Assembly (NCBI GenBank): GCA_043821115.1
Contig: JBDRDD010000032.1
Location: 16,836-80,835, forward strand
Direction of reading: 5' to 3'
DNA: 64,000 nt
From: a bacterium
GTDB taxonomy: Bacteria > CAYTYR01 > UBA6262 > DAOVJB01
A program made the translations under genes and the position numbers. Positions 1 to 8,532 of this stretch are shown piece after piece. Under the pieces are notes generated by a model. That model was not told the DNA's origin, made no database searches, and saw only the letters and a list, made by a program, of their open reading frames with translations. Within the stretch, counting starts at the first letter, position 1, and every line of letters starts with the position of its first letter.

Positions 1-419
1 CTGTTGCCAAGTTTACCAGAACGCTGGGAACACTTGTGAAGAGTGGTGTGCCCATACTCGAGGCGCTTGAAACTACAGCCAAAACATCCGGCAACAAGGT
101 CATAGAAAAAGCCATTTTGAGTGCCCGCACCAGCATCAAGGAGGGTGAGAGGATATCCGGGCCATTGAAGAAAAGCGACGTGTTTCCACCTATGGTCATA
201 CAGATGATAACGGTAGGAGAGGAAACAGGAGCCCTGGATACCATGCTTACAAAAGTAGCTGATTTTTACGATCAGGAAGTGGATGTCGCCATAGGAGGCC
301 TTACATCCATGATAGAACCTGTTATCATAGTTGTAATGGGTGTCGTGATCGGTGCGATCGTGGTAGCCATGTTTATGCCTATGTTCGAACTTGGAAACCT
401 TGTGTCAGGAGGAGGTTAA
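1..419 (+). CDS. pilC: Type IV pilus / T2SS platform protein PilC (GspF family), C-terminal fragment; 5' end lies outside the window
   Basis: Frame 3 is open from the window edge (VAKFTRTLGTLVKSGVPILEALE...) and continues through ORF 36..419. GspF-like ...ITVGEETGALDTML... and a C-terminal TM segment; stop at 417-419. Confidence 0.85.
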   Translation, partial: VAKFTRTLGTLVKSGVPILEALETTAKTSGNKVIEKAILSARTSIKEGERISGPLKKSDVFPPMVIQMITVGEETGALDTMLTKVADFYDQEVDVAIGGLTSMIEPVIIVVMGVVIGAIVVAMFMPMFELGNLVSGGG

Positions 420-432
420 CCCTATAAAGAGG

Positions 433-462
433 TTGCGTTTTATTTAACCTTTATGGTATAAT
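433..462 (+). promoter_or_regulatory. Candidate sigma70-type promoter with extended -10, ahead of rimP-nusA-infB
   Basis: TTGCGT at 433-438, 18-nt spacer, TG at 454-455 and TATAAT at 457-462; read directly from the sequence. Confidence 0.4.
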
Positions 463-467
463 AAAAC

Positions 468-493
468 AAAGAGTGGGGAAACCCACTCTTTTT
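468..493 (+). terminator. Stem-loop: intrinsic terminator of pilC and/or leader hairpin of the rimP operon
   Basis: Perfect 10-bp stem AAAGAGTGGG (468-477) / CCCACTCTTT (482-491), GAAA loop, T-rich 3' side. Confidence 0.6.
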
Positions 494-509
494 GCTTGAG
501 GTGTTTTAT

Positions 510-1016
510 ATGAGCATAAACAGTACATTGAGAAGTTCTATCGAGAATCTAGTCGCAAGAAAAGCCCTTGAGCTTTTTGATGTCACCCTAGGCAGGGAAA
601 AAGGAAAAATATTTCTTCGTATATTCATAGATAGAAAACAGGGTGAAGTTACGATTGGCGATTGTGAGAGTGTGAGTAGTGCCGTTAGAGAACTCCTTGA
701 GGGCAATGATTATATACAGGACAAGTATTACCTGGAGGTGTCTTCTCCTGGGCTTAACCGTCCTCTGCGCAAACTTGCTGATTTTAAGCGTTTCGCGGGA
801 CGTATAGTTAAGATGACCCTGCGTGAGCCATTGGATATTGTGCCTCTTTCAAGACACATTAAAGGCAGGATCAAGGCAGTTCAGGGGAGTATCGTTATAA
901 TTGAGCAGGATAAAGGAAAAAATCTCAACATAGAATATTTAAGTATAAAAAAATCACATCTTGAGGTAGAATGGGGAGGATGTAGCGGTAGTAGTGAAAG
1001 GAGAGAAGTAATGTGA
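510..1016 (+). CDS. rimP: Ribosome maturation factor RimP
   Basis: ORF 492..1016. ATG at 510 is preceded by GAGGTG (498-503). RimP-like ...YLEVSSPGLNRPL...; conserved rimP-nusA-infB order. Confidence 0.85.
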   Translation: MSINSTLRSSIENLVARKALELFDVTLGREKGKIFLRIFIDRKQGEVTIGDCESVSSAVRELLEGNDYIQDKYYLEVSSPGLNRPLRKLADFKRFAGRIVKMTLREPLDIVPLSRHIKGRIKAVQGSIVIIEQDKGKNLNIEYLSIKKSHLEVEWGGCSGSSERREVM

Positions 1017-2365
1017 ACAACAAGGAATTACTTGAAAGTCTGGGACAGATTGAAAGGGAAAAAGATATAAAGCCGGAAGAGCTAGTGTCTATGCTTGAGC
1101 AGGCACTCATGTCTGCTTTCAGGAAGCACCTTCATACAAACCAGAATGTTGAAGTGCATGTGGACAGGGAGACGGGAGATATAAAAGCTTATCTTCTGAA
1201 GAAGGTTGTAGAGGAAGTAGCCAATCCCAATTTTGAAATTTCCCTCCAGGATGCAAAGAAAATAAAAGCAAAAATAAAATTAGAGGACCAGGTAAAGATA
1301 AGTTTCGATACCAAGGATTTTGGTCGTATCGCCGCACAGACGGCGAAGCAGGTTATTATACAACGCTTAAGAGAAACTGAAAGAAATCATCTCTATGAGG
1401 AATTCAAGCAGAAAGAGGGAGAGGTTCTAAACGGTATTATACAGAGATTTCTCAAAAGAGCCATTGTGGTAGATCTGGGCAAGGTTGAGGCTGTGCTTCC
1501 TTTAAGAGAGCAGGTCAGGACCGAGAAATTTCAGGTAGGTGAGCGTGTGAAGGTTCTGGTTCTTGAGGTTGTCAGGACAACAAAGGGGCCGGAGGTCATA
1601 GTATCAAGGACTCATCCGAATCTCGTGAAGAAACTCTTTGAAATAGAGGTCCCTGAAATTTACGAGCGCATAGTAGAAATAAAACAGGTAATGCGTGAAC
1701 CGGGGGTGCGTTCAAAGATAGCAGTGATATCCAATAAGGACAAAGTTGATCCGGTTGGGGCGTGCGTGGGTGTCAAGGGATCCCGCATACATGGTATAAT
1801 CGATGAGCTGAGAAACGAGAGGATTGATATTATAACCTGGAATGAGGACCCCGCTGTGTTCATTTCGCATGCTCTATCCCCGGCACAGGTAATAAGTGTC
1901 AGCCTGAACGCAGACTCTAAAAAAGCAAGTGTTCTTGTGGCAGATGATAAACTCTCCCTTGCAATAGGAAAGGGAGGGCAGAATGTCCGTCTTGCCGTCA
2001 AGCTTACAGGATGGCACATTGATGTCAAGAGTGAGTCGCAGGTGGCACAGGCAAAAGAAAAGCAGAAAAATGATTACATGGAAATACTCTCAAAACTTCC
2101 GGGTGTTGGGGAAAAAACAGCCCAGGAGTTTATTGATCTTGGCCTTTCAACAATGGAAGCAATCGCAAACGCGAACATAGAGGCTCTGACCAAGATCTCA
2201 GGCATAGGGGAAAAGAAGGCCGAGAAAATAAAGAAGGCCGCTTCCGATATTATGAATACGCCTAAGATCGAGGAAACTGCCAAAACCAAAAAGGAAGAAA
2301 AAAAGCAGGCTCAGGATCAGCGCCAAGAGAAAAAAGAAGAAAATAATCAAGAGGATAATAAATAA
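1013..2365 (+). CDS. nusA: Transcription termination/antitermination factor NusA with a Lys/Glu-rich C-terminal tail
   Basis: S1 region ...GERVKVLVLEV...; KH motifs ...GACVGVKGSRI... and ...LAIGKGGQNVRLA...; HhH ...LPGVGEKTA... / ...ISGIGEKKA...; 4-nt overlap with rimP. Confidence 0.95.
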   Translation: MNNKELLESLGQIEREKDIKPEELVSMLEQALMSAFRKHLHTNQNVEVHVDRETGDIKAYLLKKVVEEVANPNFEISLQDAKKIKAKIKLEDQVKISFDTKDFGRIAAQTAKQVIIQRLRETERNHLYEEFKQKEGEVLNGIIQRFLKRAIVVDLGKVEAVLPLREQVRTEKFQVGERVKVLVLEVVRTTKGPEVIVSRTHPNLVKKLFEIEVPEIYERIVEIKQVMREPGVRSKIAVISNKDKVDPVGACVGVKGSRIHGIIDELRNERIDIITWNEDPAVFISHALSPAQVISVSLNADSKKASVLVADDKLSLAIGKGGQNVRLAVKLTGWHIDVKSESQVAQAKEKQKNDYMEILSKLPGVGEKTAQEFIDLGLSTMEAIANANIEALTKISGIGEKKAEKIKKAASDIMNTPKIEETAKTKKEEKKQAQDQRQEKKEENNQEDNK

Positions 2366-2395
2366 TATGACACAAGGCGAACGTGCCGTTAGGAG

Positions 2396-4603
2396 GTGGT
2401 TGCTGTGGTGAAATCTAAAACTTCCGCAATCAAACCGAAGAAGAAAGTAGCAGCTAAAACAACAGAAAAAGAGACAACAAAAAAGACAGTTAAAAAAGCA
2501 CCGGTAAAGAAGGTAGCTAAGAAAAAAACAGATCAAAAGAAAGTCGTCGAGGCCAAGAAGACGGTTAAAAAGAAAAAAATTACGAAGAAAGCTCCCCTCG
2601 AGGTAACGCAAGAAAAGGTTATCAAAAAGGTGCAGTCTGTAAAAGTGGCCCCGAGCGAAAAAAAAGCTACGGCAACAGAGAAAAAACCTAAAAAAACAGT
2701 TGCAAAGAAGGTCTTAAAAGAGAAGTCTCCTGAAGTAGAAATCACTATACAGAAAGAGCCAGAAGTAATCCAGCAGCCGAAACCTGCAGTAGAAGAGAAG
2801 CCTGTTAAAGTGGTTGTGGAGAAGAAAGAGATTGTAGAGGAAAAACCAACGGTCAAGGAAATAGTCAAGATCAGTGAGTCTATAACTGTTTCCGAACTGG
2901 CTCACAAGTTAAAAACCGAAGCGACCGAGCTAATAAAGGCATTGATGAAACTTGGGATCATGGTCACGATAAACCAGAGACTGGATACCGATACGGCGAC
3001 ACTGGTGGCCGGTGAATGCGGTTTTGATGTTGAGGTTGTGCCTCTCTACGGTGAGGAGATGATAGCCGAAGAAGAGGAATCAGGGGAAGTGGTAGGACGC
3101 TCTCCTGTTGTAACCATAATGGGGCATGTGGATCACGGCAAGACAACTCTTCTTGATGCCATAAGGGAAACTAAAGTAACCGCTACAGAAGCTGGGAGTA
3201 TAACACAGCACATAGGTGCTTACAAGGTTAAATGCGGTAAAGGGGAGATAGTTTTTCTGGATACTCCTGGTCATGAGGCCTTTACGGCCATGAGAGCACG
3301 CGGGGCACAGATCACGGATATAGTGGTTCTGGTAGTGGCGGCTGACGACGGTATAAAGCCGCAGACCGTGGAAGCTATAGATCACGCAAGGGCTGCTAAC
3401 GTTCCCATAATGGTAGTCATAAACAAAGTAGATTTGCCTCAAGGCGATGTTCAAAGAGTGAAGCAGGAGCTTAATAAATATAATCTAACCTCGGAAGACT
3501 GGGGAGGCAAAACAATATGCGTTGAGGTTTCCGCGCTTAAGAAAACGGGCATAGAAACACTGCTGGAGATGATACTGTTGCAGGCGGAGATGCTGGAGTT
3601 AAAGGCAAGCGAGGAAGGGAAGGCATCCGGTATTGTGATAGAGGCCCGTCTTGATAAGAGGAGAGGTCGAATAGCTGCTCTTCTTGTTCAGAAAGGTACT
3701 ATTCGCACATCAGATGTGTTTATATCCGGGTCAACTTACGGAAAAGTAAGGGCAATGTTCGATGACAAAGGTATAAAAATCTCTAAGGCCGGCCCTTCTA
3801 CTCCTGTTGAGATACTGGGATTATTCGGTCTTCCCCACGCGGGAGACAGATTTAGGGTGGTGGATAACGAGATGCAGGCACGTCATATTGTTGGTGTGCG
3901 TGAGCAGATAAAGAAAGAGGAGAAACTCAATAAGGTACAGCGCATAACCCTTGAAGACCTGCATGATGAGATGGTGAAAGGAAAGCTCAAGGAGCTTAAT
4001 ATTATCATAAAGGCGGATGTGCAGGGTTCTGTGGAGGCGCTTAAAGACTCACTCGAGAAACTGAGTAACTCGGAGATAAAGCTGCATGTCATACACAGCG
4101 GTGTTGGGGGTATTAACGAAAACGATGTTACCCTGGCTTCGGCGTCAAATGCAATTATCATAGGCTTCAATGTAAGACCCGAACCTAGTGCACAGGGTCT
4201 GGCAGACAAGGAAGCGATAGATATTCACATATACAGGATAATATATGAAGTGGTCGCCGCGGTCAAGAGCGCGCTAGAGGGCTTGCTTGAGCCTACATAC
4301 AAGGAACAGGGTCTAGGAAGGGCACAGGTTAGAGAAACGTTCAAGCTTCCCAAAGGTGGGGTTATAGCAGGTTCGTTTGTGACCGAAGGAAAGATTGCCC
4401 GCACTGCAAATGCACGCATTACCAGGGACAATGTCATAATATATGAAGGTAAGATAAATTCCCTGAGACGTTTCAAGGATGACGTGAAGGAAGTAACAAA
4501 TAATTATGAGTGCGGGATAGGGCTTGAGAATTTTAATGACATAAAGAAAGACGATATCATAGAAGTTTACACGCTTCAGAAAATAAAAAGAACCCTTGAT
4601 TGA
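2396..4603 (+). CDS. infB: Translation initiation factor IF-2 with a ~150-aa Lys-rich low-complexity N-terminus
   Basis: GTPase motifs [24 protein letters not shown]. Start is uncertain: GTG 2396 is only 1 nt after AGGAGG (2389-2394), and in-frame GTGs at 2405/2408 are better spaced. Confidence 0.95.
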   Translation: MVAVVKSKTSAIKPKKKVAAKTTEKETTKKTVKKAPVKKVAKKKTDQKKVVEAKKTVKKKKITKKAPLEVTQEKVIKKVQSVKVAPSEKKATATEKKPKKTVAKKVLKEKSPEVEITIQKEPEVIQQPKPAVEEKPVKVVVEKKEIVEEKPTVKEIVKISESITVSELAHKLKTEATELIKALMKLGIMVTINQRLDTDTATLVAGECGFDVEVVPLYGEEMIAEEEESGEVVGRSPVVTIMGHVDHGKTTLLDAIRETKVTATEAGSITQHIGAYKVKCGKGEIVFLDTPGHEAFTAMRARGAQITDIVVLVVAADDGIKPQTVEAIDHARAANVPIMVVINKVDLPQGDVQRVKQELNKYNLTSEDWGGKTICVEVSALKKTGIETLLEMILLQAEMLELKASEEGKASGIVIEARLDKRRGRIAALLVQKGTIRTSDVFISGSTYGKVRAMFDDKGIKISKAGPSTPVEILGLFGLPHAGDRFRVVDNEMQARHIVGVREQIKKEEKLNKVQRITLEDLHDEMVKGKLKELNIIIKADVQGSVEALKDSLEKLSNSEIKLHVIHSGVGGINENDVTLASASNAIIIGFNVRPEPSAQGLADKEAIDIHIYRIIYEVVAAVKSALEGLLEPTYKEQGLGRAQVRETFKLPKGGVIAGSFVTEGKIARTANARITRDNVIIYEGKINSLRRFKDDVKEVTNNYECGIGLENFNDIKKDDIIEVYTLQKIKRTLD

Positions 4604-4623
4604 GCTATATAGGCAAGGTTTTT

Positions 4624-4905
4624 ATGGTTATAGGTATCTGTGTTGTTAATCTGCATATTCCCGGGAGCCAGTCTCTTAAGAACAAGAGGCAGGCAGTAAA
4701 GAGTATAAAGGACAAGATAAGGGCAAATTTTAATGTTTCTGTTTCGGAGGTTGGAGGTCTTGACACCTGGCAGCGCTCAACTCTTGGTATTTCCTGTATA
4801 AACAATAATAAGAGCTATATTGAAAGAATATTCCATCGGATCATATCCCTCGTCCAAACGCATCGGTTGATAACTCTATTGGATTATACCATCGATATGA
4901 TTTAA
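4624..4905 (+). CDS. DUF503 (YlxP-like) protein
   Basis: ...LHIPGSQSLKNKRQAVKSIKDKIRANFNVSVSEVGGLDTWQR... matches my memory of DUF503. Typical position between infB and rbfA. The ORF opens at TTG 4600; ATG 4624 preferred. Confidence 0.75.
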   Translation: MVIGICVVNLHIPGSQSLKNKRQAVKSIKDKIRANFNVSVSEVGGLDTWQRSTLGISCINNNKSYIERIFHRIISLVQTHRLITLLDYTIDMI

Positions 4906-4933
4906 GAAAACAGAACTATAGAAGGTAATATTA

Positions 4934-5296
4934 ATGGCCTCACATAAACGCACGGACAGAATAAACCGCCTACTGCAGCAGCATATAAGCAGTATCATAC
5001 AAAGGGATGTAAAGAACCCGCGCATAGGTTTCGTCACGGTCACGAAGGTTTCCATATCCCGGGACCTTCGTCACGCAAAAATATTTGTCAGCATTCTGGG
5101 TGAGAAAGATAAAAGGGATCAATCACTTGACGCTTTGACTAAGGCAACTCCGTTTATTAGAAGAGAGATTGCTGCAAGGATAAAGCTGCGTTATACACCG
5201 GAGATACGATTCTATTATGATGAGACCATTGAGAAGGCCGTCAGGATATTCAGTCTGCTGGAGGAAGTTAAGAAGACCGAAGATAAGGGAAAATAG
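4934..5296 (+). CDS. rbfA: Ribosome-binding factor A
   Basis: 120 aa; ...RTDRINRLLQQHISSIIQRDVKNPRIGFVTVTKV...; conserved position downstream of infB. Confidence 0.9.
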   Translation: MASHKRTDRINRLLQQHISSIIQRDVKNPRIGFVTVTKVSISRDLRHAKIFVSILGEKDKRDQSLDALTKATPFIRREIAARIKLRYTPEIRFYYDETIEKAVRIFSLLEEVKKTEDKGK

Positions 5297-6277
5297 ATGA
5301 AATATAAATGCATAGAGAATGACATTTTAAGTCTTATAAGAAAGAACGCTAGTTTTTTTATTACCGGGCATATCCGTCCTGACGGTGATTGTCTTAGTGC
5401 TGAGCTTGCCCTGGCTTTGTTTTTAAGAAGGATGGGAAAGAGGGTTGTTGTAGCAAACAGGGATCCCGTACCCTCAGTTTATGATTTTCTGCCAGGGGTT
5501 AAGACAGTAAAGAAAACCGGAAGCGTAAAGGGGTTATTTGACGTTGGATTCTTTCTGGACAGCAGTAATGCGGATAGAACAGGAGGAGTTGTAGATATTG
5601 AAAAACAAATCTCTGTTTCTGTAACAATCGATCACCACGTGGATGCTCATGAGTTCGGAGACTATAACTATATAGATCCAAAAGCATCATCGACCTGTGA
5701 ACTAATATACCGGATATTGAATAGCTCCCAAAAGAATATAACCTCTAAGGAGGCAATGTGCCTGTATACCGGTATAATGACAGATACAGGTGGGTTCCAG
5801 CAGGCTAACACAACAGCCGAGGTCCACTCTATAATCGCTGATTTGATACAAAAGGGAGTGAACCCCTGTAGTTTGGGGCAGAAAGTGTACTGCAGCAGGA
5901 AACCTTCCCAGATGAAGCTTATAGGTCTTGCATTATCCACTCTCGAAGTTGATTCCTCCGGGCAGGTCCTTTATTTCGATGTTTCCAACTCAATGTATCA
6001 AAAGGCGGGTTCTGCTCCGGAAGAAACAGAGGGGATAATTGATTTTCTTAATTATGTAAAAGGAATCAAGGTTATAATTCTCTTTAAGCAGACAGAAAAA
6101 AAAGATCTTGTTAAGATTAGCCTCAGGTCCCGCAGTAATATAAATGTTAATACAATAGCGAAGCGCTTTGGAGGCGGCGGTCACAAGAAAGCTGCCGGTT
6201 GCACTGTTGTTGGAAAACCAGAGGCTGTAAAAAAGATTATACTTAAGGAAGTAAGAAGGGAACTCAAAAGTGCTTGA
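5297..6277 (+). CDS. nrnA: DHH/DHHA1 phosphoesterase (NrnA-like oligoribonuclease / pAp phosphatase)
   Basis: DHH-family motifs GHIRPDGDCLSAE, IDHH and GGGGHKKAAG (DHHA1). Confidence 0.8.
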   Translation: MKYKCIENDILSLIRKNASFFITGHIRPDGDCLSAELALALFLRRMGKRVVVANRDPVPSVYDFLPGVKTVKKTGSVKGLFDVGFFLDSSNADRTGGVVDIEKQISVSVTIDHHVDAHEFGDYNYIDPKASSTCELIYRILNSSQKNITSKEAMCLYTGIMTDTGGFQQANTTAEVHSIIADLIQKGVNPCSLGQKVYCSRKPSQMKLIGLALSTLEVDSSGQVLYFDVSNSMYQKAGSAPEETEGIIDFLNYVKGIKVIILFKQTEKKDLVKISLRSRSNINVNTIAKRFGGGGHKKAAGCTVVGKPEAVKKIILKEVRRELKSA

Positions 6278-7163
6278 AGGCGTACTTAATATCAATAAAC
6301 CCAAGGGAATAAGTTCCTACGGTGTCGTGGAACACATAAAAAAGACACTCAAGGTTAAAAAAGTTGGGCATGCCGGAACACTTGATCCTGATGCTACCGG
6401 TGTTCTTCTGGTATGTCTGGGCAAGGCCACGAAAATAGTTCAGTTCCTTATGGGAATGGAAAAAGAATACAGAGGACAGATGGTGCTTGGTGTGACTACT
6501 GATACCGAGGATGCCCAGGGAACTGTTATAAGCAGACAAGACAACGTTAATATTCCCGAATCCCGTATTCGAGAGGTGTTTGAGATTTTCCATGGGGAAC
6601 TGAATCAAGTCCCGCCCATGGTTTCTGCCCTCAAGTATAACGGCAGGAGGCTCTACGATCTGGCCCGTGAGGGAAAAACAGTAGAGCGCAAGGCACGCAA
6701 AGTTCAGATTTATAAATTAAACGTGTTGGGTTACAAGGAGAACAGAATAGATTTCAGCATAGTTTGCTCAAAAGGCACTTATATAAGGGCTTTGTGCAGG
6801 GACATAGGGGAAGAACTTGGCTGCGGGGCTCATCTTAGTAGTCTCACCCGAGCCAGGATAGGGGCATTTGATCTAAAAGATGCCCTGCTGCTTGGGGAGC
6901 TTGAGAATAATAAGAAGAATATAGACACCTTTCTCTATTCTATGGATAAAGCACTTGAATACCTGCCGAAAGTTGTGGTGGATAATCAGGGAGCCATGCA
7001 GATACTTGATGGAAAGTTAGCGGATGAAACCCATATAATGAGTTATCCCAGGAAAACGAGCGGTCTAATAAGAATAAATAACGTAAGCAATAAGCTATTG
7101 GCTGTTGCACATGCAGATTCCCGTTCAGAGAAGGTATATAAACTTGTTCGGGTATTAAGTTGA
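6270..7163 (+). CDS. truB: tRNA pseudouridine(55) synthase TruB
   Basis: ...GVLNINKPKGISS... and catalytic-Asp motif GHAGTLDPDATGVLLVCLG. Confidence 0.93.
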   Translation: MLEGVLNINKPKGISSYGVVEHIKKTLKVKKVGHAGTLDPDATGVLLVCLGKATKIVQFLMGMEKEYRGQMVLGVTTDTEDAQGTVISRQDNVNIPESRIREVFEIFHGELNQVPPMVSALKYNGRRLYDLAREGKTVERKARKVQIYKLNVLGYKENRIDFSIVCSKGTYIRALCRDIGEELGCGAHLSSLTRARIGAFDLKDALLLGELENNKKNIDTFLYSMDKALEYLPKVVVDNQGAMQILDGKLADETHIMSYPRKTSGLIRINNVSNKLLAVAHADSRSEKVYKLVRVLS

Positions 7164-7169
7164 CAGGAA

Positions 7170-8144
7170 ATGACAGTGAAGTTATTTCGCGGATTTAAAA
7201 ACATAAGAGGGGTTCTCAGAAATCCCGTGGTTACCATAGGTTCCTTTGACGGTGTCCATAAAGGCCATCAGAAGATTATCAAGACCGCGGTGGACACAGC
7301 AAAGAAAATAGAGGGAACCTCTGTTGTTATAACCTTCGACAGGCGGCCTATTACTGTCTTCTCGCCGGGTATATGTCATGATATGATTATGCCTCTCGAG
7401 GATAAGATTCAGAAACTCTCAGATCTGGGTGTAGATGTCGTAATACTCGTGCGTTTTAACCGTAAGTTTGCCTCTATTGATGCCGAGAGATTCATTGATA
7501 AAATTTTGTGTAGAAAATTGAAAATAATACAACTCGTTGTGGGAAAGAATTTTCGTTTCGGAAAATCCCGCAAAGGGGATGTTTCCCTGTTTCGCCAATT
7601 AAGCAACAGATATGGTTTCAAGGTAAAGGTTGTAAGCGAGGAAAAATACAGGGGAGAAGTAATAAGCAGTACAAAAATCCGCGGTTTTCTAAAATCCGGG
7701 TCAATCACCCTGGCGCAGAGTTTGCTGGGACACACATACAGTATTTTAGGTACAGTAATAAGAGGTTCTGGTAGGGGTAGGGTGCTTGGTATACCAACAG
7801 CCAATGTTGCCTGTGATAACAAGCGTGTTGTCCCAAAAGGAGTCTATGCTGTCAGGTTACAGTTAAAAGACAAGGAATATGAAGGCGTCTGTAATGTGGG
7901 TGACCGGCCCACTTTTGAGCAAAGGGACAGTAAAAATACCACTAAAAGATGTACTTATGTTATAGAAGTACACCTTTTCGGGCTTTCGGGGTATATGTAC
8001 GGCAGGAAAGTACATGTCATATTTATCAAGAAAATACGCGATGAGAAGCGTTTTAAGAATTCGGGGAATCTCGTGCTGCAGATAAGAAAAGACATAGTAC
8101 AATCCCTGAATATATTAAGGACTAAAAGGGCTTTACAAAATTGA
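7170..8144 (+). CDS. ribF: Bifunctional riboflavin kinase / FAD synthetase
   Basis: N-terminal GSFDGVHKGHQ nucleotidyltransferase motif; C-terminal riboflavin-kinase region ...LGIPTANV... Confidence 0.93.
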   Translation: MTVKLFRGFKNIRGVLRNPVVTIGSFDGVHKGHQKIIKTAVDTAKKIEGTSVVITFDRRPITVFSPGICHDMIMPLEDKIQKLSDLGVDVVILVRFNRKFASIDAERFIDKILCRKLKIIQLVVGKNFRFGKSRKGDVSLFRQLSNRYGFKVKVVSEEKYRGEVISSTKIRGFLKSGSITLAQSLLGHTYSILGTVIRGSGRGRVLGIPTANVACDNKRVVPKGVYAVRLQLKDKEYEGVCNVGDRPTFEQRDSKNTTKRCTYVIEVHLFGLSGYMYGRKVHVIFIKKIRDEKRFKNSGNLVLQIRKDIVQSLNILRTKRALQN

Positions 8145-8217
8145 CTATTTATGTTAAAATAAAAGACTCATAAAGTATGTCAATTAATCCATTAAGAGAG
8201 TATATTAAGGAGGAAGT

Positions 8218-8487
8218 ATGGTTTTGGCGAAGCAAGAAAAACAGGGAATTATAGGGAAACACAAAAAACATGAGAAGGATACAGGCTCTCCAGAGGTGCA
8301 GATTGCCCTGATCACAGAGCGCATAAGCTATCTTACGGGACATTTTAAGACCCATAAGAAGGACCATCATTCAAGGCAGGGTCTATTGAAGCTGGTTGGA
8401 AAAAGAAGGAAGTTGCTGAATTATCTAAAGAAGAATGATATTAAAAGATACCGTGAAGTTGTGGAAAAGCTTAACCTCCGCAAATAG
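8218..8487 (+). CDS. rpsO: 30S ribosomal protein S15
   Basis: 89 aa; ...[45 protein letters not shown]...; AAGGAGG precedes the ATG. Confidence 0.95.
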   Translation: MVLAKQEKQGIIGKHKKHEKDTGSPEVQIALITERISYLTGHFKTHKKDHHSRQGLLKLVGKRRKLLNYLKKNDIKRYREVVEKLNLRK

Positions 8488-8532
8488 CACGTTAGGGTTA
8501 GTTAGGATATATTAAAAAAATATGGAGGTTAT

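Noticed and set aside
2198-2868. Minus-strand ORFs of 137 and 111 aa rich in F/L/S
   Set aside because: Mirror images of the A-rich Lys codon runs at the NusA C-terminus and IF-2 N-terminus; a compositional artefact.
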